This document shows positions 55,040 to 64,000 of a DNA stretch of 64,000 nt, piece after piece. Source of the DNA: Dicyema japonicum (taxonomy: Eukaryota > Animalia > Dicyemida); contig RDEW01000063.1 of the NCBI GenBank assembly GCA_011109175.1, positions 1-64,000 of the forward strand, in the 5' to 3' direction. Position 1 is the stretch's first letter. Each line of letters starts with the position of its first letter. Both the position numbers and the translations under genes were made by a program. The notes beneath the pieces were generated by a model that was not told where the DNA came from, did not search any database, and saw nothing but the letters and a program-made list of their open reading frames with translations.

Positions 55040-55890
55040 AATTATGATTCGACTAAACTTTTGGATACTGTATCAAATAACGGGATTAAAATTAGAGGCA
55101 GGAACATCAATAATTTGCGCTATGCTGACGATACAACCTTACTGGCTGAAACAGAGGATGGCCTCAGGGGGTTGATTCTAAGATTAAGAGAAGAGAGCGC
55201 CGTCTTTGGTTTATTGCTAAATATCAAGAAGACCAAAATTATGACTACTGCTAATAATGGAATAATGGAAATAAAAATTGGGAATGAGAAATTAGAGAGT
55301 TGCGATAATGTTGTCTTTCTGGGATGTCTAATTAATCGGAATGGTGACGGAGGCTTGGAAATCAAAAGGCGAATTACCATGGAACGAGACACCTTCCAGA
55401 GAATGAATAGAATTTGGAAAAACGAAAATATTTGCTTAAGGACCAAATGCAGACTAGTTAATGCAATCGTGTTCCCGGTTTTTCTACACGGCGCAGAATC
55501 ATGGATACTGAAAAAGGCGGATATACGAAAAATTGATGCTTTTGAGCTGTGGTGCTGGAGGAGGTTACTAAGAATCCCTTGGACTTCCAAAATAACAAAC
55601 ATCGATGTACTCAAACGGGTAAAGACTGACATTTCGCTAGAAGGAAGAATCGTAAAACACACATTGGCGTTCTTTGGGCATGTTGTCCGCTCTGATTCAC
55701 TGGAAAAAACCATTATGCTGAGCAATATTACTGAGAAGAGAAGACCTGGCCGACTGAGGACTCGGTGGCTATCCACGTGGAAGACGTCACGAGAATGCCT
55801 ATATCAAGGCTACTTAAAATTGCAACGGATCGGGGAGGAAACTCGTTCATGAGATCTCCAAGGGTCGGACACGACTTAATTGGACAACAT
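55040..55890 (+). mobile_element. BovB/RTE-1-type LINE 3' part (RT C-terminus and 3' end)
   Basis: INNLRYADDTTLLAE, GLLLNIKKTKIM and IDAFELWCWRRLLRIPWT; 3' motif GTCGGACACGACT. Confidence 0.9.
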
Positions 55891-56774
55891 AACATAAACT
55901 TGAAAGATAGGAATCTATAGTGGTCACATGCGTTTCCTTCTTTTTCAAGACCCACAAGATTCCATCCTTTGAAAAATATCTGATTTTCTTTTCATACAAA
56001 AATTTGAAATTCATACAATAGCTCTGTACAGAAATAGTCAGTTAATCAACGAGTTTAACACTCATATTTTGCTATCAAAAGAAATATTATTGTAGCTGTT
56101 CGAAAGGGTTGTCAAGTATGCAGGTTTTCATTCCTTTCAAAGTATGAAATTAATACAATTCATATATTTTGTCGCGAGCACAACGGACAACCATGCACAA
56201 CGGACAACAAATCACGTGTCAATCAATGTCAAAATCACGCCATGTCATTTGATAGTAGATTAGATAATAGCACTTTCGTGTAAATATTCGTAAATCTAAG
56301 GATGCCTGCATACAGAGGTTTTATTAAATGTTATGAGGAATATGAAATATTCGAACGCATTATTAAAGACCAAGTATTTCCAAGTACCAACAGGCATAAT
56401 AAATTTCGTCTTCTACAAAAAGCAAGAAATTTCATGATGATCAACGATAAAATGATCTCAAAGATCAGAATGGAAATCACAAGCTTGTCATTTGTATGGA
56501 CAATGATATGGATTTTTAACCTCAGCACTCCACAACCAGTCTCATCTTCTAATGAATAAAATGAGGATCTCTGCAATAAACATTACTTCCACATTAAAAG
56601 AAGTGTTATCCGCAAAGTAATTAATTCCTGTGAAATCTGTAAGTTTTCTACTCCTTTAAAAGTTTGTTTTTTGGTAATATTTTAATAGATAGGTGATGAA
56701 GAACATCATTGCATTAAAACCACATGAAAAGTTTCAAATAGATCTTATTGATCTGAAAATATTTTTCAATTATT

Positions 56775-57264
56775 ATTTTTTTTTAACAAAAAATTTTTTT
56801 AACAATTAAACAAATGTCAGTTGAGGAAGCCTGCTGCGTGGATTGCGAACGAGTTCCCTCGGAGTATGGCTATTCCAATCTTTTGTCTTAGCCATAACCC
56901 TTCTCGTTGATCCCTTTTCTTTCTGACAAGCAATCCTCCGAGTTCTTGCAAGAATTCAGCCGTCATTGGACCAACGGCTCCCGATGATTCGGTCGCAACA
57001 GGAGTAAATCGGTAGCGATCCCCGAGGCAAGAATATTTCTTGATTTTTAGGTTTTCCGCGGTCGAAGCAGCTGCTCCAGGTGTCTGAACAGATTTTAAAT
57101 GTTCGTGCTTGAGAACGTGTCTATGCAAGTTGCGTCCCAGACCAAAGATCTTCCAGACGTGAAGGGGAAAAGGGTCATCCCGTCAGGTCTCTTCCCATCT
57201 CCTCGATCAAGACCCACTGGTTCAAGCTGTGCTGGGAAGCCTGAAGCCTTCAGAGCTCTGACGA
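56775..57264 (-). mobile_element. CRE-clade 3' fragment (longer copy of the 4701/5658 family) with 9-bp TSD
   Basis: LEPVGLDRGDGKRPDG..VWDATCIDTF; A-rich tail; TCAATTATT at 56766-56774 and 57265-57273. Confidence 0.9.
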
Positions 57265-57309
57265 TCAATTATTTTTTATAAATAAATATTTAAAACTAAA
57301 AATTTTACA

Positions 57310-58308
57310 TGTCTTCGAAAGCTTCTCGTTGTAATTATATAAGGTTTCCAAAAACTCGAAATTTTGAGATATAAAGATGAGAATAATGCTACATCGTGTC
57401 AAACAATCGCTCAAAGATTTTCTGATTTATTTGATATTCGGATTTCAAGAAAAACAGTGAATAATATTCTTAATTCCCGAGAGTCCATATTAAAAATATC
57501 TAAAAATTATAATCCTTCAACAAAGACATGCAAATCGTCAGAATTTCCTGAACTTGATACTAAGCTTATTGAATGGATGGATTTGATGGAATCTAAGGGT
57601 ATTTTTAATTTGCTTATGTTATGTGCTATGTTAAATGATAGATTAATATCAAATAAAGCACAAAATATTGCTGAAAAGTTATCAATTTGTGATTTCAAGA
57701 ATTCAAAAGGATTTATAACAAGATTCAAAAAAGACATGTTTTTCGAATGCATAAATTACACGGGAAACAATTAAAAATTGTTTCAATAAATTGCGTAAAC
57801 AAAATATCGAGGTCATTCCAAATGATTGGGGGCAATATTATTACTGAATGTTTTAGGGAAATTGGCATTTTGGACCCTTTGGACATAGAAATATTCATTG
57901 ATATTCAATACCATTAAAATGAAGCAATAATTAATGAATACGACGAAATGGTGTTATTGGAGAGGTCTGAAAAAAATCCATTGTCGAAGACGAAATGATG
58001 AATTCTAAAAAAGGACGAAATAATTGATGGAGGTACTAGAACTGAAAACAAAACTGAGATTTTAAATGCACTATATCTGATTGAACAAAAAATAATAAAT
58101 AATATCGAAAATGATGTAAAAATAATTTCCGCTATTAGAAGATACACTCAAAATAATATTTTAAAAAATAAGACAGCTTGGGTTAAAATACTATTTTGAT
58201 AAAAAAATAATTTTTTTACTAATGGTTTTTTAAATAATTTTTTTTCAATTTCCCAAATTGGCCAAAAACAGTTCAGAAACAATTTTGGGCCAATTTAAGG
58301 GACTTTAC
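57310..58308 (+). mobile_element. pogo/Tigger (CENP-B-type HTH) transposon relic with right TIR
   Basis: ISRKTVNNIL, FPELDTKLIEW, NKAQ and FKNSKGFITRFKK; right end TTAAGGGACTTTACTG followed by TA. Confidence 0.85.
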
Positions 58309-59249
58309 TGTATTTAATTTAGGTTTCAATGGAATTAAAAGGCATATTCTATGAATATGGGCTTTGTATGATTTTACAATCAGACAATGCTACAGAATTT
58401 AAAAATTATGATATTCGGGCACTTACTAATTAATTTAATATTAAACAAGTTCACGGAAGACCAAACAATCCTCGTTCTCAAGGCATTCGGTTGTTTTTAT
58501 ATTTTTAAGGTGTCATAGAACGATTCAATCAAACCACCTCACAGAATCTGTCAAAAATGATGGAAAAAAACGCTGAAAAATCTTGGATTTAAATGTTATT
58601 TAGTGTCACTTATAACATAACTGTACATTCGTCGAATGGAAGAACACTTTTGTATAGAGGCATTCCTGGTTTGAACACTGTTACAATAAATGATGGTTGG
58701 TTGTATTTTTTTATAATTTGACAGATTTGGAGAATGATATTTGCGAAAAGACAGTAAACACTAATGTCGTTTTGTATGATGAGACGAAACAAATAATGAA
58801 GCTACAAAGTCTGCTTGTGAAATGGGTTACAAAAATGATTTTAAAATTAGAAAACTTTCAACTTACGTTCATTAAACCAACTTTGAATTCACCTCATTTT
58901 AAGAGGATGAACAAAAAGCTGAATGTTTATCATGGTAAATACACGTTTTCTATAGGAGATCAAATTTTTATTAAATAATTAAATGTAAGTTCGAGTTTTA
59001 AAAAATTATTGAACTAATCCTTTTCTAAGGATAATAAATTTGCGAGTCCATACTGTGAGAATGTAAAAGTTTTAAGTTTATTATCAAACAATCTTGTAGA
59101 GGTTAATATGTAAAAAAATATTTTTAGGTTTGTTTATTAACTGGTGAAAAAAATTATTCCAATGCATAAGGTCAAAAAATATAATTAATTTTGATGTAAT
59201 AAATTTTTTTTTTTTTTTATAAATAATTTATTACTTTATAACAATTTAA

Positions 59250-59575
59250 TTTGGGATGCTGCCTGTACTGACAGCTTTTCCCAGTCGAAACTTTTGAGGT
59301 CGGCAATGAAAGCGGGAGAGGCCGCCCGTTTATATGAAAACTCAAAAATAAAGAAATACAGCAGCCTCCTAAACCGTTTCCATGTACAGCCAGTGGTCGT
59401 CGAGACGAGCGGAGTCTTTGGCCCCAAGACGGTCTCTTTCCTTAGAGCACTTGGGTGTCTATTGACCAAAGCCTCGAGGGAGCGTCGGGAAACCGAGTGG
59501 CTTTTCCAAAGGATATCCCTGGCAGTAGTCAGAGGTAACAGCCACTCGATCATATCCGCTGGACTCTAGAACGAT
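59250..59575 (+). mobile_element. CRE-clade 3' fragment (further family)
   Basis: WDAACTDSFS, PVVVETSGVFG and QRISLAVVRGNS. Confidence 0.85.
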
Positions 59576-59638
59576 TTTATTGTAATAAATTATCTCTAGA
59601 TTATTTTATTTCAGTAATTAATCGTGATATTGTTTGAA

Positions 59639-61390
59639 TTTGGTTGAGCTGGTGACGTGGCTCTATTGCGCACATGTCTTTTTCGTCCTTTTCTTCGGGA
59701 TCTTTCACTATCAGCTCGTTCAATGCAAGAGGATTAAAGTCGGATACTAAAGGAAGAAATTTATGCGTGATCTTGGATCGTACAAGGCAACCGTAGCGTG
59801 CTTACAGGAAACGAAAGTAAAAGGCGGACTAGATGAAATCAACAATGTTTTCCGCCTGATTCTGCACCCTTCGAATTGCCCACACTACGGCATACAAAAA
59901 GAACTGAACAATCGAATCCACAAGACGTGGAGGGTGAGTGATAGAATATGTGTTTTACAATTAAAATACAATGAAAAAAACAATTCCATAATCTCCATTA
60001 TTAATGAATATGAACCAACTTCGGTGAGAGCATCAATCAATGGAGACGAACTAGATGACTTCTATTTTTCCTTGTCGCAAGTATATGCAGCTTTGGAAAC
60101 ATCGTTCCGGAGATTGGAACGCAAAGGCAGGACGTGGGAGTAGTCACGAAAAATTCATGGGAAGCCATGGAAGAGGGAGCAGGAACCAGTCAGACTATTT
60201 CTATGCAATACTGCTTTCAGCACTCAGCAAGACATAAGACGACATGGAGCTGCTACCGAAAGGACAAATCTGGGACTATCAAGCCTATATATAACCAAAT
60301 AGATTACATTATCTGCAAACATGCCTACAAGGCAACTACTAACAGATTCTCGGAGCTACAGTGGGACACTAGTAGATAGTGATCACAGATTGGTTGTGGC
60401 ACGTTTCCTCTTCAAACGATATTTTGGGGTTTCCAAAGCGGCTGGCATGAAAATATCTGAAGGGAGGTTCGCAGTGGAGCAACTCTGCATGGTGGGACCG
60501 ACTCGGGAAAGCTATCAAAAAATATTGAGAGAAAAGATCAGACAGTGGAATAAAGAAAAAATGCCTGGGGAGCTGTGGCAAGACACCATCGATGCAATAA
60601 AGTGCGCGGCCCATTCAACAACTTGAGTAAAACCGAAGCATTTCAACGGAAAATATGACCACGAGTTTGAAGAATTATCCAAATTGCAGAGGAACCTACG
60701 TTTGCAGGTCGAAACCTGTTAGGACCAGGCAAAGGAACAGACTCTAAGAGTCATGCGGAACCAAACCTGTATAAAATAAAGAAAAGAACAAGGGAAATAA
60801 AGGAAAATAAACTTGTTGGAATGGCTAAAGAAGTAGAAAGGCTCAAAACGGAGTGCAGATGTTCAAAGTTGTTCATTTACTACATAGAGACACGCAGTCA
60901 TCAAAAATCACAATAAATGATCAGTTTGGAAAGACTATGTTAAACAAAAATGAAATTTTATCGGCCATATCCAGCTATTATCAGCAGGCCATCAATCAAA
61001 ACCACGAGGAAAACATCAAACAATTCGATGGTGAAGCACGAGAACTAAATATTCCGAAAACGAATCTGGAAACAAAAAAAGCCCTGGATAAATTAAAAAA
61101 CAATAGAGCTGCTGACCCTGACAACATAAATGCAGAACTTCTCAAATATGCACCGACCGAGATCTCTGAGCTATTAACTGAAATATACAACAAAATATTC
61201 AAATACAACTCACCCCTGGAGATAGGTAATGGCACACTAATTGCACTACAAAAACCGGGCAAGGCTAAGGGCCCCTTAACGAATCTAAGACCCATCGTAC
61301 TATTGACGACTCTACGCAAGACACTGTCACTTATAGTGTTGAATTGGATTGGACCTGACATTGAGAACTTTCTCTTTCACGGTCAAAGCG
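59639..61390 (+). mobile_element. RTE 5' portion (APE to RT start), degenerate
   Basis: 5' motif; SFNARG, LQETK, NQIDY, SDHRLV, AADPDNI and LRPIVLL. Confidence 0.85.
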
Positions 61391-61939
61391 GAGGCTGTTT
61401 GCTGTCCAGTGCTGCACAACCGCTTCAAGCAGAGTTCAGACTCAAAACTCATTCGTATAGACAGGGAATTATATATAAGGCACATAACATCATTCTTTAC
61501 ATTTAGACATAATATTACCATAAGTGATCAAAACTACTAATTATAGTAATATCCAAAATTCACTTTCTACATAGATTTGACTTAAAACTGGCATATTTAA
61601 TATGCAATCCTTTTGATTTTTATTACTTTCCATGAACTTTGTGATTGTCCATGGATATTTCCTCAAACTTTATAATTAATAAAATATTCATATGCTCTGT
61701 GTTAGTAAGAACTACAGATGTAACATGTGGCTATCTTCTCCTTTTTACCAGACTGGGTTAACTTGGTCTTACCCGAATTCCTTATTTAAAAAATATGAGA
61801 ATTTATCGATTTATCTATAATACAATCAGTTTTGATTTACAAGTCAATACTCTTTGATTCATTAGTCTGCACTCCAACCTTAACTGTTTCTCAGTTTTTG
61901 TAATATTCCAGTCAGTCCGTTTATCAATACATTTTCCTT

Positions 61940-62200
61940 CTTAGAGATAACTTTAAGTTTTTATTAGTAATTTTTTTTCTTTTAATTTTTGACTTCAACT
62001 GCATTTTAGCAACCCAATAATTTTCTATGTGGTCTTTAGAACCACAGTTTACAAACACACTTTACATTCTATTTTCTCATAAAGACTTGAACAAATTAGG
62101 CATTCCACACAATTTTTAACAAAAAGGCGATTTTTGACCAAAGTCCTGACATGCACTTGACTTGATGTCTTGACTTTTGTAAAACCAATTTTTATCCCCA
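61940..62200 (-). mobile_element. Possible LINE ORF1/gag relic with degenerate zinc knuckles
   Basis: CQDFGQKSPFC and CVNCGSKDH-like segments in broken frames. Confidence 0.35.
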
Positions 62201-62930
62201 ATCTAGTTCTCTGTCATACATCCTACTTTTATTATTGGTAATCACACTTTGTTTTAAGAACGTTCCAGAATAATTTTATAAGAATTAAGATTATTATTTT
62301 CTAACCACGTGAACGTTTTTTTAAACATTTCCCATATGAAAATATTTATTTTATTCAATATACATTTTAAAACTCTCCTGGTCTTTTATAGATGTAAATT
62401 TAAGCACCAAAGACAATCTCACCTTCCATGCAGATTTCACAAAGGATATTGAATGCGATAACCAAAGATCTGTAATCAATAATCAAACTTAGAAAATAAT
62501 AAGTTAACCTTTAAGAATTACTCCAAATTCATTCTTTCAATCGAATTTATGGAAAAACGGAATCATAAATTTTGTTTGTTCAAGTTTTACTTTCTATTTA
62601 CTTATTTGAATGAAAAACTCAAAGATACATAAAGTCTCTCGAATCCGCCAATTATAACTAATAAATTCTTTAATCCGCCATTTTTTCTAACAAAATTTCT
62701 CGAATCTGCCAGATTTTTTTAATGAATCCGCCATGTCTCTTAATTTTAAATAATTTTTTAAATAACATATTAACACGTTGTCATTTTTTATTGTTGTTTT
62801 CATGAAACGTTACTGTACACGATTAAAAACAAACAAAAAATTGCATTTTAAAGTTTATTGAATCGAATATTGAATTCAGAAATTTTTTTCCAAGCCCCGC
62901 ATGTGCAACACTCATGGAAACAATATTTCT

Positions 62931-64000
62931 TTTTTGGTGAGGTGGTGACGTGCCTGTTTCTTAATTTGATAACAGTTGAGAAAAATGTCTAAAAAACACA
63001 ATCGAGAACTCAGGCTAATGTCGTTCAACGTACGTGGAATATCGAAAGATTAAAAAGTACTTTGTGACGATCTCGAGAAATACAAAATATCTATTGGCTG
63101 CCTACAAGAGACGAAAATCGACAATGGGCATGGAACAACTACCGACTGATTCTCTTCCTGACTGAATGCTAGCACTACGGTATGGGATTTGCCTTACACG
63201 TAGATTACCTCAAAAAACTACATCGCTATTAGAGAGTCAACGACCGAATATGTGTCTTACAAGTCAAACTAAATGATTTATGCTCGTCCAAGAGTCTATT
63301 AGCTATCATAAATGTCTATTCACCACACTGTGGACGAGTAATCATGAACCCCGGTGAGCTCGAGGAATTCTATCAGAACTATCAAGCACATACTCTAATA
63401 ATGCTTCCTCGTCCCTTGTTTTTGTTGCGGGAGATATGAATGCAAAGGCCGGAACGCGAATGGGACCCGAAGAATCCTCTATTGGAAGACATAAGCGCGG
63501 AAGGAGAAATGCATCTGGAGCCTCTCTGGTGAACTTCTGCGAAGCAAACAGCATATTCCTGTGCAACACGGCCTTCAAACACTCAGCTTGCCACAAAACG
63601 ACATGACACGGACAAAGAAAAAACTCTGTTGGGGAGTCTGTGAATATATACAATCAAATCGACTACATCATCTGCCGAAAGTCTGATAAACACCTGCTAA
63701 ATGATGCACGTTTCTACCAGGAGACAACAACTGACAGCGACCATAGGATCGTTATTGCAGAACTGTCCGTAAAAAAGCACCTGACTGGGAAAAATATATT
63801 GAAAACGCGAAGGCGAGACAAAGGCCCGATATATATTTTCAGACAGAAAAATTGTGGTTAAAGCCCACCTGTAAACAACAAATCGAGACTCTCATGGAAA
63901 AAACCGCACCGGAATCATCAGTGCGAACTCTGTGGGATCAAACAAAGCAGGTAATCTCCAAGTCGGCCGATATATGCCTTGGAGTTCGAAGTCATCACGC
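62931..64000 (+). mobile_element. RTE 5' end (APE), runs off the window
   Basis: 5' motif; SFNVRG, LQETK, AGDMNA, NQIDY and SDHRIV; near-copy of 18020-18432. Confidence 0.85.

Larger units (their letters stand above)
56169..58980 (+). mobile_element. Ginger/KRBA2-type integrase DNA transposon (or domesticated relic), interrupted by CRE and pogo
   Basis: HYFHI..SCEIC zinc motif, FQIDLID, LQSDNATEF and HGRPNNPRSQG|VIERFNQT; start TGTCGCGA with GCACAACGGACAAC twice. Confidence 0.8.

Noticed and set aside
55120-55776. 218-aa antisense ORF, and similar shadow ORFs such as 9311-9580, 15156-15401 and 22679-22891
   Set aside because: They lie opposite real coding frames and show no recognisable motifs

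Overview
AT-rich eukaryotic genomic DNA from an animal. NHERF/EBP50 and RhoGEF2/LARG-type genes are present. The host genes are cut by very short spliceosomal introns, nearly all 20-27 nt, which I reconstructed by hand. That size range is the one reported for dicyemid mesozoans; the taxon is my inference, not something the sequence proves. Host genes: a GT31 beta-1,3-galactosyltransferase, a divergent proteasome beta subunit, a membrane mucin, NHERF, an RGS-C1-DH-PH RhoGEF, a histidine acid phosphatase, the SWR1/Domino/SRCAP ATPase, pyrroline-5-carboxylate reductase and one orphan gene. Roughly half the window or more is decayed mobile DNA: RTE (one full-length copy with TSD, plus BovB-like pieces), many CRE-clade 3' ends, R4/NeSL-type and Jockey/I-type LINE pieces, a tRNA-derived SINE, and MULE, pogo and Ginger-type integrase remnants. 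Most notable observations: (1) a 49-50 bp tandem array, invisible to the ORF track, that is 30 repeats of a 24-nt exon plus a 23-26-nt intron encoding a Ser/Thr-rich type I membrane mucin; (2) four in-frame TAA/TAG codons clustered in the otherwise intact SWR1 N-terminus; (3) three micro-introns whose best acceptor is TG or AA rather than AG; (4) a 113-bp module fused to the 5' end of two unrelated LINE tails. Points 2 and 3 could be assembly errors and need raw reads or RNA-seq. Coordinates of TE fragments are approximate.
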